A stretch of 64,000 nucleotides of DNA from positions 247,371 to 311,370 of the forward strand of contig CAYUUR010000001.1 of assembly GCA_964448075.1 (NCBI GenBank). Direction: 5' to 3'. The notes under the pieces are model-generated. The model made no database searches and had not been told where the DNA came from. It was given only the letters and a program-made list of their open reading frames with translations. The stretch comes from an uncultured Candidatus Saccharibacteria bacterium (GTDB taxonomy: Bacteria; Patescibacteriota; Saccharimonadia; Saccharimonadales; CAYUUR01). The translations under genes and the position numbers were made by a program. Positions 1 through 11,755 of this stretch are shown here, piece by piece; positions within the stretch are counted from its first letter, which is position 1, and every line of letters begins with the position of its first letter.

Positions 1-340
1 CGTAAAGCAACCGCAAATAATCATAAATTTCTGTAACGGTCGCTACAGTTGAGCGCGGATTTCGACTGGTTGATTTTTGATCGATTGAAATAGCGGGGCT
101 TAAGCCATCAATCTGATCGACATCAGGCTTCTCCATTAAGCCCAAGAATTGCCGAGCGTACGAACTAAGACTCTCGACATAACGACGCTGGCCTTCTGCG
201 TAAATAGTATCGAACGCCAAGCTTGATTTACCCGATCCGCTCAAGCCCGTAATCACCACAAGTTTATTACGCGGAATCGTTACATCCACGTCTTTGAGAT
301 TATGTTCTCGGGCTCCTTTTACGACAATCGCATCACTCAT
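1..340 (-). CDS. uvrA: Excinuclease ABC subunit UvrA, N-terminal fragment (gene continues past window start)
   Basis: Minus-strand translation from the ATG at 338-340 reads [67 protein letters not shown]... This is the canonical UvrA N-terminus with the first Walker A (GLSGSGKSS). The frame stays open to position 1, and it is absent from the ORF track because it is truncated. Confidence 0.85.
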   Translation of the reverse strand, partial: MSDAIVVKGAREHNLKDVDVTIPRNKLVVITGLSGSGKSSLAFDTIYAEGQRRYVESLSSYARQFLGLMEKPDVDQIDGLSPAISIDQKSTSRNPRSTVATVTEIYDYLRLLY

Positions 341-376
341 AAGCCCAAATATTCTACCAAAAAACAGAGATAAAAG

Positions 377-1021
377 CTATCGTTCGGCGTCACTTACTTG
401 TAGTGGGCCCATCGTAAACTCATGAGCATGATGTATGAATAAGGCGTCTTCAACAGCGCCAGCAACGTACTTTCGTTCTTGTTCCGTAAACACCGGTTGC
501 TCAAGATGAGCCAAAACAATTACAGGTGAAGGTGGAGTGCGATGTTCTTTTTTATTAAAGCCTCTCAGCCCCGCATCGCCAAGCGTCTGGTACAGAGCTT
601 TTCGCTCCTTCCTTAGCTCACTAGATTCAATATAAGCCGCTACTATTTTTCGCCCATGATTCTTTGGTCCCAATAATACTACTTTGCCAATTCTGCCGAA
701 AATCTGGTCTGGATCTTCTTCTGTATGACTTTCTATACGCCGTTTGGCGCGACCAAAATCATATCCTGCTTGAAATCCGCTATTAAATTCTCGTCGTACT
801 ATTCGTGGGTCAAGGACAAAAATTTTGTGCCTGCCTGGTACGTCACTAAATCGCGGAAAGTTCTCATCATCAGAAGGAACGTTCCTTACTACCCCAGAAA
901 TGCCAAGAGAGCTATCCTCTTCAACCATGCGGAAAGCCTTAAGCACTTTGCCGCGTTTTTCCTGATCTGGACTTCGTCCACGCTGTTGTTTTGTGCGTCT
1001 GATAATGTTTTTTCTTCCCAT
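377..1021 (-). CDS. Hypothetical protein, basic N-terminus
   Basis: Track ORF of 214 aa with no family recognised. It fills the uvrA-pheA gap. The competing 725..1033 (+) frame is antisense and has no motifs. Confidence 0.5.
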   Translation of the reverse strand: MGRKNIIRRTKQQRGRSPDQEKRGKVLKAFRMVEEDSSLGISGVVRNVPSDDENFPRFSDVPGRHKIFVLDPRIVRREFNSGFQAGYDFGRAKRRIESHTEEDPDQIFGRIGKVVLLGPKNHGRKIVAAYIESSELRKERKALYQTLGDAGLRGFNKKEHRTPPSPVIVLAHLEQPVFTEQERKYVAGAVEDALFIHHAHEFTMGPLQVSDAER

Positions 1022-1087
1022 GCCTACTTCTAATAAAATAATATCACCTTTTTAGCGAAGAAAGAAACATATGCTAGGATAGTTGTT

Positions 1088-1936
1088 GTGATAAAAGTAG
1101 CTATACAAGGGCAGCAAGCCTCATTCCACGATATTGCCGCCAGACAATTCTTCGCAGGCGAGATAAAGACAATTAACTGCGACCTGCCGTTTCGTCTGGT
1201 CTTTGATGCACTCCAGCGTCAAGAAGCCGATTATGTAGTGGTCGCTATAGAAAATTCGCTCTACGGTTCTATCAATGAGGTATATGATCTGCTGCTTGAA
1301 TCAAACGCTCAAATCATAGGCGAAGTCTACTTGCAGATTTCTCAGTGCCTGATTGGTTTTCCTGACACCAAGATAAGCGACGTTAAGGAAGTGCATTCCC
1401 ACCCTGTGGCACTTTCACAGTGTGAAACCTATCTTGATACCAAGCTCGCGCACTCGGAACGTTTTGAACACCACGATACCGCGGGCAGTGTGGCAGACAT
1501 CAAACAATGGGGTGATCCAAGCCGAGCAGCCATTGCTTCACGCGCGGCAGCAGAACTTCATGGCATGGCGGTACTTGACGAAAACATTGAAACTAACAGA
1601 CAAAATTACACACGGTTTGTAGTGCTTCAGACCAAACCACACGCCGTTACTGCGGCCAACAAGACTTCACTCGTATTAACCACACCGGCAGACACTAAGC
1701 CAGGTGCTCTTCACCGGGCACTTGGAGCATTTGCGGATCGATCTCTCAACCTATTAATGCTGCAATCACGGCCAATTATCGGTAAGGCTTGGCACTACAT
1801 GTTTTATCTGGATATTGCCGCTGGGCAGAACGATGAACTTTTTACTGCAGCAATACATGAGCTTCAGCAACAAGGCTGCGAAGTACAGTTACTGGGTAGT
1901 TATAAAAACGCCCAAAACACGCCAATTAAAGCTTAA
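1088..1936 (+). CDS. pheA: Prephenate dehydratase (PDT domain + C-terminal ACT domain)
   Basis: 282 aa with a GTG start. The PDT-type N-terminal part has IAIQG..ASFHDIAARQFF and ENSLYGSINEVYDLL. TRFVVL is followed by an ACT-like tail (KTSLVLTT..KPGALHRALGAFADRSLNLLMLQSRP). Confidence 0.85.
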   Translation: MIKVAIQGQQASFHDIAARQFFAGEIKTINCDLPFRLVFDALQRQEADYVVVAIENSLYGSINEVYDLLLESNAQIIGEVYLQISQCLIGFPDTKISDVKEVHSHPVALSQCETYLDTKLAHSERFEHHDTAGSVADIKQWGDPSRAAIASRAAAELHGMAVLDENIETNRQNYTRFVVLQTKPHAVTAANKTSLVLTTPADTKPGALHRALGAFADRSLNLLMLQSRPIIGKAWHYMFYLDIAAGQNDELFTAAIHELQQQGCEVQLLGSYKNAQNTPIKA

Positions 1937-1950
1937 GGTTTACAATATTA

Positions 1951-1978
1951 TTGACTTGTGTGCAATAAGGTATATAAT
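1951..1978 (+). promoter_or_regulatory. Near-consensus sigma70-type promoter TTGACT-16-TATAAT
   Basis: TTGACT lies at 1951-1956 and TATAAT at 1973-1978, about 27 nt upstream of the ATG at 2005. Confidence 0.5.
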
Positions 1979-2004
1979 TGGCCTTAATTAATCGGGTTGG
2001 CGTC

Positions 2005-2298
2005 ATGCTAGAGTTCATCGTCCTGGGTATTGTTCCGGGCACACATATCAACATTACACTATCTTGGGTGCTCGCAGCAGCAGCCATATTTCTCATTGTT
2101 CTAGAACTTCGATATCACAAAAATTATGCACTGAAGGTTCAGACAGCAACTGTTAACGCGCAAGTCGTCACACCAACAAAACCGCGCGCACGTACAAAAA
2201 CGGCCAGCAAAGCCACTGCTCACACAAAGTCGAGGGTAAAGAAAACTACGCGCAAGCAAGCTACAAAGAGAACAAAGTCTACTCGGGCAAAGGCATAA
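2005..2298 (+). CDS. Small membrane protein with Lys/Thr/Arg-rich tail
   Basis: The track ORF is 1978..2298; I prefer the internal ATG at 2005 (MLEFIVLGIVPG...). It has two hydrophobic segments followed by a highly basic tail (TKPRARTKTASKATAHTKSRVKKTTRKQATKRTKSTRAKA). A strong promoter lies just upstream. Its 3' end overlaps convergent sbcB by 20 nt. Confidence 0.4.
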   Translation: MLEFIVLGIVPGTHINITLSWVLAAAAIFLIVLELRYHKNYALKVQTATVNAQVVTPTKPRARTKTASKATAHTKSRVKKTTRKQATKRTKSTRAKA

Positions 2299-3715
2299 TA
2301 CTCTCGGCGTAGAGCTGAAGTTCTTCTAGTAAAAATCGCTTCTCTGCGCTGAGGCGAGGACTCTGTGCAAGCTCCGCCAAGCGACGCAAGTAGCGCTGCA
2401 AACGACTATTGCCGCCACCGCCAACAAGTCGACGAGTTCTAAATTCTTCCCAAACAGCACGCTCCTCGTCAGTGAGTGCTGATGGGAAATTACGAGCCTT
2501 ATATAGCGGCAGTAAAGATTGCAGCCTCTTGTCTTGCAGCTTATCGGCAAATTCACTCAACTGTGTGGGTTCGGCGGCACGAACTGCGCGCATAGTTGTT
2601 TTGTCTGCATCCGGTATAAACCTGTCATACAATTGCGCGTCCACTTCTATATCACTGCTTACCAGTCGGGTTTGTTGTTCCTTATTCATAATCTCTAACG
2701 CTGCTAGGAGCTTCTGATAAAACTGCTCAGCGCCACGCAGGATTGCGAGGTGTTTTTGCATAATGCCTAGATCAAGTCCTATGCGTTTCTGACTGGCTGC
2801 ATCAAGTACGCCCAGTGGTGCGACCGCCGGACAACGATTAAACTGCAGCGTCTTTACGGGCAAGGGTAGGTCGGTACGGTCTTTCTTCCAGCGCCAAGCT
2901 TCCACGAGTTGCTCAGTGGTCATTTTCAAGAATGGGGTCGGATCATGCCGCAGATCATACACTAGAACACCTTGCTTTTTGGGGTTTTCACCCAATTCGT
3001 AAGCAATTGTTGTCTTCTCAAACTCGCTGGCATACTTGCCGGAACTGTATACAAAAGGCTGCCCGGTTGAGACAACATCATGAACGGCTTTTTTGCCACG
3101 GATTGAAAGCAAATAATCAAACAATTTGGCTTGCTTGTCGCGCAGTAACTGCGCAGCGGCTATCGTTGCCCAAACATCGCTCAAAGCATCATGCGCATCT
3201 TTATGATCAAGTTTATTAATGCTGGTAAACATTTCTAGACGATTAGTTGGCTTTCCTTCACTATCAACGGGCCACTGAATACCTTCTGGTCGTAATGCAC
3301 GCGTCATGCGCATGACATCCAGTAGGTCCCAGCGGCTACGCTTGTCTTGCCACTGCCATTCATACGGATCGTAGAAATTCCGATAATGGAGGTAACGCAT
3401 AAACTCATCATCAAAGCGCACACTATTAAACCCGGCGAAGATCGTTCCTGGTGTTGCTATTTCATTGGTAAATATCTGCATGAATTCGGCTTCTGTCACA
3501 CCGTCAGCCCGCGTCTGTTGAGGAGTAATGCCAGTAATCATTATGGCATCGGGCTCAGGCAAGGTGTCCTCGGTCAGCTTAATGAAGATGTTATACGGCT
3601 CACCCATTGGTTTAAGCTCGAGGTCAGTCCGTTGACCAGCAAACTGCATAATCCGCCCATCGCGTGGATTAACGCCGGTCGTTTCAAGGTCATAAAAAAA
3701 GAAGGTTTCGTTCAT
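2279..3715 (-). CDS. sbcB: Exodeoxyribonuclease I
   Basis: 478 aa. It carries the DEDDh exonuclease motifs FFFYDLETTGVNP, GFNSVRFDDEF and HDALSDV. Length and C-terminal region are typical of exonuclease I. Confidence 0.85.
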   Translation of the reverse strand: MNETFFFYDLETTGVNPRDGRIMQFAGQRTDLELKPMGEPYNIFIKLTEDTLPEPDAIMITGITPQQTRADGVTEAEFMQIFTNEIATPGTIFAGFNSVRFDDEFMRYLHYRNFYDPYEWQWQDKRSRWDLLDVMRMTRALRPEGIQWPVDSEGKPTNRLEMFTSINKLDHKDAHDALSDVWATIAAAQLLRDKQAKLFDYLLSIRGKKAVHDVVSTGQPFVYSSGKYASEFEKTTIAYELGENPKKQGVLVYDLRHDPTPFLKMTTEQLVEAWRWKKDRTDLPLPVKTLQFNRCPAVAPLGVLDAASQKRIGLDLGIMQKHLAILRGAEQFYQKLLAALEIMNKEQQTRLVSSDIEVDAQLYDRFIPDADKTTMRAVRAAEPTQLSEFADKLQDKRLQSLLPLYKARNFPSALTDEERAVWEEFRTRRLVGGGGNSRLQRYLRRLAELAQSPRLSAEKRFLLEELQLYAESIMPLPE

Positions 3716-3730
3716 GCCCCAAGTGTAGCA

Positions 3731-6389
<2,659 letters not shown>

Positions 6390-6412
6390 TCAGGGTCTAG
6401 TGCGAAAAGAAA

Positions 6413-7435
6413 TTAATAGATATACGAGTAAGCGGCCGCTTGCGAAGGACTCAAGATTTTTGTGCTCTTGACCGCCCAACCTGCCGTGTTCATTTCAGAG
6501 ATCATTACGCGACCGTCAGGGTATACTTTCTCTACAAAACCAACGTGCCCGTAGTAATCACGCGGCGGTGTCCAGATGACCGCACCAGTGGCCGGTCGGT
6601 TACCGACGCCAAGCCCAGCAGATGCCGCCAAGGCTTTCCAGGTACTCGCGTTACCAAGGTTGCTTGGGATAGGTCGACCAATCTGAGAACGACGAACAGC
6701 TGCCCACCACGTACAGTAGCCATAATCGTAACCGCTACCACCATACACTGGCGATTGACCGCCCCATGCAAAGCTGGCGGTGTTAGATGCCGGTGCTGCA
6801 GCCACGACAGTGGCTGTGGTGGCAACCGGAGAGCCGCCAGGAATAACAATCAGTTCGCCTGCTCGCAAACCACCGATTTCTGCGTCATTAAAAGCTACTA
6901 TCTTGTCTTTGCTTGCGTTAAATCTAAGCGCCAAACTCTGTGGCGTGTCACTTGCCGTTACGCGATGTACGATGCCGTTCACTGGCGAAATAACCAAACG
7001 CTTGCCCTTTGGCAGAGCGTTGCCTTCAAGATCATTCGACCAACGTATAGTGTCTGACGTTACACCAAACTTCTTGGCAACTTTGGTCACTGTATCGCCC
7101 TTAACAGTCGTATAGAATATGATGTCATATTTTGACTTGAGACCTTCAGTGACAACTTGTGGCTTAGAGATGACCTTGGCGTCTGAACCCGTGACAGACA
7201 ACTGAGCATTCACCGTATCTGCCTTGTTTGCAACTGCAGTCCTCTGATCCATGCGGGTGACTTGCGCAATCTGCACGGCAATATCCGCAGAAGACAGCTG
7301 ATCAAGCGGGTTAACTTCGTCTTCATTGCTTACAGAGAACACCGCTGCTTGAGTTGAGTTTGATGATTCAGCACGGTTTGAGTACACCAAAAAGCCCGTG
7401 ACTCCAATGAGCACGGCGATATTTGCTGCAACCAA
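6413..7435 (-). CDS. LysM + CHAP domain peptidoglycan hydrolase (N-terminus uncertain)
   Basis: 340 aa from a TTG start. It has an N-terminal TM segment, a LysM repeat (YTTVKGDTVTKVAKKFGVTSDTIRWSN) and a second LysM-like repeat. The C-terminal CHAP domain has CTWWAAVRR and GHVGFVEKV. The frame stays open for a further 168 nt upstream without ATG/GTG/TTG. Confidence 0.8.
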   Translation of the reverse strand: MVAANIAVLIGVTGFLVYSNRAESSNSTQAAVFSVSNEDEVNPLDQLSSADIAVQIAQVTRMDQRTAVANKADTVNAQLSVTGSDAKVISKPQVVTEGLKSKYDIIFYTTVKGDTVTKVAKKFGVTSDTIRWSNDLEGNALPKGKRLVISPVNGIVHRVTASDTPQSLALRFNASKDKIVAFNDAEIGGLRAGELIVIPGGSPVATTATVVAAAPASNTASFAWGGQSPVYGGSGYDYGYCTWWAAVRRSQIGRPIPSNLGNASTWKALAASAGLGVGNRPATGAVIWTPPRDYYGHVGFVEKVYPDGRVMISEMNTAGWAVKSTKILSPSQAAAYSYIY

Positions 7436-7714
7436 GCCATAACGAACAACCCTACGTCGTGAACGGCCAGAAAGTCGACCATACGCTCGATGGAGTGATT
7501 TTTTAGGGGTAAGCGAACCTACCTTAGTTGAAAATTCTTCGGAAACAGTTTGCGAAATAGTACGAATACTAGTTCTCCCGGCGCTTGCGCCGCATTGATT
7601 GAGTCAGGTCTTAATTATGTTTTGCAGCGTTCGACCGTGCTGCGTTATGTATGAACGTTAGACTCAACCGCAATCTGTTGTGATAGGACTGAAATACAAC
7701 AAATTGCAGGTGTC

Positions 7715-7742
7715 AGTATAACAAAAGTGCATAAATAATCAA
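7715..7742 (-). promoter_or_regulatory. Promoter TTGATT-16-(TGt)TATACT for the LysM/CHAP gene
   Basis: On the minus strand TTGATT lies at 7742-7737. An extended -10 TGTTATACT lies at 7723-7715. The predicted TSS is near 7708. Confidence 0.45.
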
Positions 7743-7832
7743 GGCGGTTTAACAGAGGTGGCCCCTGTTGCGACTGCAAGCATAAGAAAATCTGTCATTT
7801 ACTGGCGTTTTCTACTACACTAGCAAGTAACC

Positions 7833-8540
7833 ATGCCGCCTGATGTACAACAACCACAGCCACCAAAGCAAGAGGAAGAAGTCGATGAAACTGAAGATAT
7901 TCGACCAAGTAATTTGCCGCTTCAAACTGTTCGATCTGACGTCTACGTGCCGATTGCACCTGATACCAACGCCACTAAACGTAAAGCGCTTTCTGTCACA
8001 AGTAAACTAGCGATTTTGGGTGGCGTACTAGCCTGTGTTGCCGCCTGGAACCTATGGGTCATGCAGCCATTCTTTGTTGACGGAGAAAGCATGTCTCCGA
8101 CGCTCAGTACTAAAGACACTTTGTTGGTCAGCAAACTACCCCAGACTTGGGCACAGCTAACAAATGGCAAATACATCCCTAAGCGCTACGATGTCGTTGT
8201 GGTGCATAATCCTCAAGATACCAGCGAGAAGTTCGTTAAGCGTATTATTGGCTTGCCAGGCGAACGACTCGTCCTAAAAGACGGTAAGATAACTGTCTAT
8301 AACCAGACCAACCCTCGTGGAGAAGACGTCACCACACCTCCTTGCTGCACTAACCTTGCCGAAACCTCAGGTTCAGTAGACACAGTCATTCGTGAAGGTC
8401 ATGTGTTTGTTGTCGGTGATAATCGAGAGGCGGGCGGGTCAATCGATTCCCGCTCAAGTCTAGGGCAAATACCTGCTGATGAAATCATTGGTCAAGCTGT
8501 CATACGGATCACCCCAGTCACCAAAATTACCCTCTTATAA
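7833..8540 (+). CDS. lepB: Signal peptidase I
   Basis: 235 aa with an N-terminal TM anchor. It has the catalytic Ser box GESMSPTL, the Lys box KRIIGLPGERL and GDNREAGGSIDSRS. Confidence 0.9.
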   Translation: MPPDVQQPQPPKQEEEVDETEDIRPSNLPLQTVRSDVYVPIAPDTNATKRKALSVTSKLAILGGVLACVAAWNLWVMQPFFVDGESMSPTLSTKDTLLVSKLPQTWAQLTNGKYIPKRYDVVVVHNPQDTSEKFVKRIIGLPGERLVLKDGKITVYNQTNPRGEDVTTPPCCTNLAETSGSVDTVIREGHVFVVGDNREAGGSIDSRSSLGQIPADEIIGQAVIRITPVTKITLL

Positions 8541-8547
8541 CCAGACG

Positions 8548-9495
8548 TTACCTTTGGTCGTGATGGGTTTGTAGATATGTCTCAATACCGTGCCCATTAC
8601 GATACGTTCGCCAGGCATGCAAACGTCGAACTCCATATACCAAAAGGGCTACCAGCAAGCCTACACCAACTGCAACCAATATGACTTTCGTCTGGCCGCT
8701 CAAACGATAAAAGGAGCTTTTGATGTACTGAGAATAGAGCGGGTCTGACGGCATGGCTACCCGCTCAGTAGCCGTAAACTTGCGATTATTCCCTAGATAG
8801 GCAACCTTTTTGATAGTTCTGTCGCCACCGCGCAGATAATTCTGGTTTACGGCAGAGAGTTTGTTGCTAGTGTACAAAAAATCACCGCCATCAAAATACT
8901 CTACCCTTTCGATTTTCTCACCTGAAATATCAGTGACGGTTTGGACCGTTACAAGCTCTCCCGAGCCGCTAATTGTCTCAGGCTCTATGGCCACGTCTAC
9001 GCCCTCGTACTGGACGTCACAGGCTATTTTTGGCTGACAAAGGTCTTTTGGTGCAAAAAGTACCGTTGCCACGCTTGCATAGGCGTCAGCACCTAGGTAC
9101 GGACTCGCAAGAACAATGTTACGTTGTCCACTACGCTCGGCATTCGGCACACTACCAACTCGCGCCCAGGCCTTGTCCGTTGCATTCACGGTACCTATCT
9201 TCTTACATGTGCCATCATTTACCGATTCAATAAATACAGATATCTTTGTTCTCAGCCCCGCGGCATTTGTTCTAACATATATGTCGCCATCTGGCAGAGC
9301 CTCTAGGCTCACGCTAAACAGCGTAGCCGTGTTGCCGCCACACTGATCAACAATAGAAGCCGCGGTACTGAATTGATCAATGCTCTGTGCACCCACATTA
9401 CGATGGAGCAAAGTAGCCATAATCAACGAAACTATCAGAACAGAAAAGAGTGATTTCCCGCAAGTAAATAATGTTTGTTTGACAATCATAAGCAA
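8548..9495 (-). CDS. Hypothetical secreted/surface protein (N-terminal signal-like segment, C-terminal TM anchor)
   Basis: 315 aa. The hydrophobic N-terminus is SLFSVLIVSLIMATLL and the C-terminal TM is VILVAVGVGLLVALLVYGV followed by a basic tail. No family recognised. Confidence 0.5.
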   Translation of the reverse strand: MLMIVKQTLFTCGKSLFSVLIVSLIMATLLHRNVGAQSIDQFSTAASIVDQCGGNTATLFSVSLEALPDGDIYVRTNAAGLRTKISVFIESVNDGTCKKIGTVNATDKAWARVGSVPNAERSGQRNIVLASPYLGADAYASVATVLFAPKDLCQPKIACDVQYEGVDVAIEPETISGSGELVTVQTVTDISGEKIERVEYFDGGDFLYTSNKLSAVNQNYLRGGDRTIKKVAYLGNNRKFTATERVAMPSDPLYSQYIKSSFYRLSGQTKVILVAVGVGLLVALLVYGVRRLHAWRTYRNGHGIETYLQTHHDQR

Positions 9496-9540
9496 TTACC
9501 GATATTATAGCTTTGTAAGTTACAAAAGAAAAGGATCGTC

Positions 9541-10092
9541 ATGCCGCGAAAATCATCCGGCTCGAAAACAAAAGTTAACGGTTCAGTGAACAAGAAGACA
9601 TCATCTCGCCTGGGACAGCTTCCATTCGGTGTGAAAATGGTTTTGTTTGCGAGCCTCGTGTTGCTCATTACTGCTATTGGAACCTACGGCTACGCCAAAT
9701 GGGAAACGTCAAAGAAGGAATCTACGCTGCGCGCATCAGCAAGCCAGTGGACGCTGATACAGAACAATCCAAGCACTGTGTCCGTGTATGCATGCAATAA
9801 AGAACGTACCAGTGACTATATGTATCTGCGGCTATTGTTTGTGCGCAACAAGCTCTACGAAAATGACGCCAACGGCAGACAGCAAGCCTGGTTGCCAACT
9901 ACAAAGATGGAAATCATTGATGACCGCAACAATATTGGCGCCGAAAAGGCGACTGGCGAACAACTTGCTTGGTACCAAACCGTATCAATGATGGCAGCCT
10001 ATATTCCGCCCAAAGGAGGCTTCAAAACAAATTTCAACAATAACTACGAATCGCCAGAAAAATTACAAGCGTGCCCAAATGGCGTTAATTAA
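9541..10092 (+). CDS. Membrane-anchored hypothetical protein, paralog A
   Basis: 183 aa with a basic N-terminus, one TM segment and an extracytoplasmic domain with 2 Cys. It shares W..C, LFV, QLAWYQ.VSMM and a C-terminal CPNG with the next gene. Confidence 0.5.
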   Translation: MPRKSSGSKTKVNGSVNKKTSSRLGQLPFGVKMVLFASLVLLITAIGTYGYAKWETSKKESTLRASASQWTLIQNNPSTVSVYACNKERTSDYMYLRLLFVRNKLYENDANGRQQAWLPTTKMEIIDDRNNIGAEKATGEQLAWYQTVSMMAAYIPPKGGFKTNFNNNYESPEKLQACPNGVN

Positions 10093-10111
10093 CAAACAAC
10101 AGGAGTAACAC

Positions 10112-10642
10112 ATGGCTAACAAATCGAGTAAAACAAGAAGCAAGCAAGCAAAGAAAAATCCGAGTATAGTCGACTCATTTAATGGTCTGTCAACGCCACT
10201 AAAAGCACTCATTGTGGGAGCTATTGCCCTTGTGGTGATTGTAGCTGGTTCGTTCATATATTTTCAGAAGCAGAAAAATGACTTCATAGCACAAGCAGAC
10301 GGTTGGACACAATTAGGACCAAAACAGAATGGTATTGCAGCGTGGGGCTGCAAAAACGGCGGTTTTGGTGTTTACACCTGGAAGGTTATATTCGTGAAAG
10401 ACGTCCCTGGCATACCAAAAACGTCTGTTATGGTTGGCGATAATAACCGTGCAGAGCAGATAGCTTGGTATGGATTCGTATCAGCAATGGACGGCGCAGC
10501 AATTGGGGGAGAAACAGCGATACGCGCTGGAGCAGACAACAACCCGTATGATAATGCGCCGGGCGTGGCTCTTGGCAGCGGAAAAGTCCAAGACCTCAAC
10601 GATTGCCCAGCAAACGGCGGATTACGACAGTCACCTAGATAG
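10112..10642 (+). CDS. Membrane-anchored hypothetical protein, paralog B
   Basis: 176 aa with the same architecture as 9541..10092. The shared motifs here read IFV, QIAWYGFVSAM and CPANG. Confidence 0.5.
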   Translation: MANKSSKTRSKQAKKNPSIVDSFNGLSTPLKALIVGAIALVVIVAGSFIYFQKQKNDFIAQADGWTQLGPKQNGIAAWGCKNGGFGVYTWKVIFVKDVPGIPKTSVMVGDNNRAEQIAWYGFVSAMDGAAIGGETAIRAGADNNPYDNAPGVALGSGKVQDLNDCPANGGLRQSPR

Positions 10643-10666
10643 TATCCGGAATCCGTGCCTCTCAAC

Positions 10667-10706
10667 AAACACGCTAGCAATCAGCAATGATCTAGCGTGT
10701 TTTTGT
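10667..10706. terminator. Hairpin terminator between convergent genes
   Basis: AAACACGCTAG (10667-77) pairs with CTAGCGTGTTT (10692-702) around a 14-nt loop. It is followed by a T-rich tract on the plus strand. It lies between the stop at 10642 (+) and the mltG stop at 10721 (-). Confidence 0.5.
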
Positions 10707-10720
10707 GAGTAAGCTTAGGG

Positions 10721-11755
10721 TTAACGGCCGCAGAGTTTGATGCAGTATTTGTCTACAAGCGCTTCGTGTTCTGCTTGGGTCTTTGAGAAGTACGTGTTGC
10801 CATTGTCGCCGGCTACAAAGTACAGATAGTCAGTATTGGCAGGGCGCGCCACCGCTTGCAATGACGTCGTGCTAACATTACTGATCGGGCCTACAGGCAA
10901 AGCATCAACAAAGTATGTGTTATACGGAGACTTGTAATCAACAGATGGCGGCTGTTTGTCAATAATTGCTCCATAGAAACCTGTAACGTCAGATTGTAGC
11001 TTCATGCCACGATCAAGACGCGTCAAGAACACTTGTGCAACTTTCTGGCGATCTTCTGGGCGTGATACTTCCTGTTCGACCATAGACGCCAACACAATAC
11101 CTTCGTGGACAGTCAAACCCTGCCTCGTAATCTGGGCGCGTAGCTCGGGAGTAAGCACTTTGTGCATTTGATCCAGCGACTGGCCAATTATCGTGGTCGC
11201 ACTGGTTTCAGCCGTTTTCTGGAATGATTCAGGATACAAATACCCCTCAAGATTTGCCTTGGTGGGCTTGTCGACGAGTGCGGGGTGATCGACGTATTGT
11301 GCGGGGTTCAGCGCTTCGGCTACCTCTTCCTTTGAATATCCAGCGTCAAGTAATGATTGTTTAATCTGATCAATGCGCTGACCGGGCAAGATAGTAAAGA
11401 GGTCTTTGCGTACTGCACCGTGCGTTAGCACTGTCACAACCTCTTCCACTGAATAACTCGGCCTTAGAGCGTAGGTACCGGCTTTGAGCTGTTCTTGAGC
11501 GCCCTTATTACGGACGTACTGAGAAAAGACCTGTGCGTTACGGATAACACCTTGTTCCTGTAGTAACTCGCTAATTTGCTGCACCGTTGAGCCTTGCTCA
11601 ATCGTGACGGTTACTTCGCGCTGGCTGGCGCTCACAGGCTTAAGGTTTTCATAATAATAGTTGCGAGCAAGGTAAATACCGCCAATGCCGAGCACTAGCA
11701 AGACTGCGCCTACAATCAGCAATATACGTGTGAGTTTGGGTGAAATACGTGACAT
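10721..11755 (-). CDS. mltG: Endolytic murein transglycosylase MltG (YceG-like)
   Basis: 344 aa with an N-terminal TM segment. YceG motifs are present: LASMVEQEV, SPYNTYFVDALPVGPISN and YLYFVAGDNG. Confidence 0.9.
   Translation of the reverse strand: MSRISPKLTRILLIVGAVLLVLGIGGIYLARNYYYENLKPVSASQREVTVTIEQGSTVQQISELLQEQGVIRNAQVFSQYVRNKGAQEQLKAGTYALRPSYSVEEVVTVLTHGAVRKDLFTILPGQRIDQIKQSLLDAGYSKEEVAEALNPAQYVDHPALVDKPTKANLEGYLYPESFQKTAETSATTIIGQSLDQMHKVLTPELRAQITRQGLTVHEGIVLASMVEQEVSRPEDRQKVAQVFLTRLDRGMKLQSDVTGFYGAIIDKQPPSVDYKSPYNTYFVDALPVGPISNVSTTSLQAVARPANTDYLYFVAGDNGNTYFSKTQAEHEALVDKYCIKLCGR

Noticed and set aside
6440-7057. 205-aa plus-strand ORF (also 6532..6849 - and 6780..7115 +)
   Set aside because: These overlap the LysM/CHAP gene, which has clear domain motifs. 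Their translations are Arg/Cys-rich nonsense.
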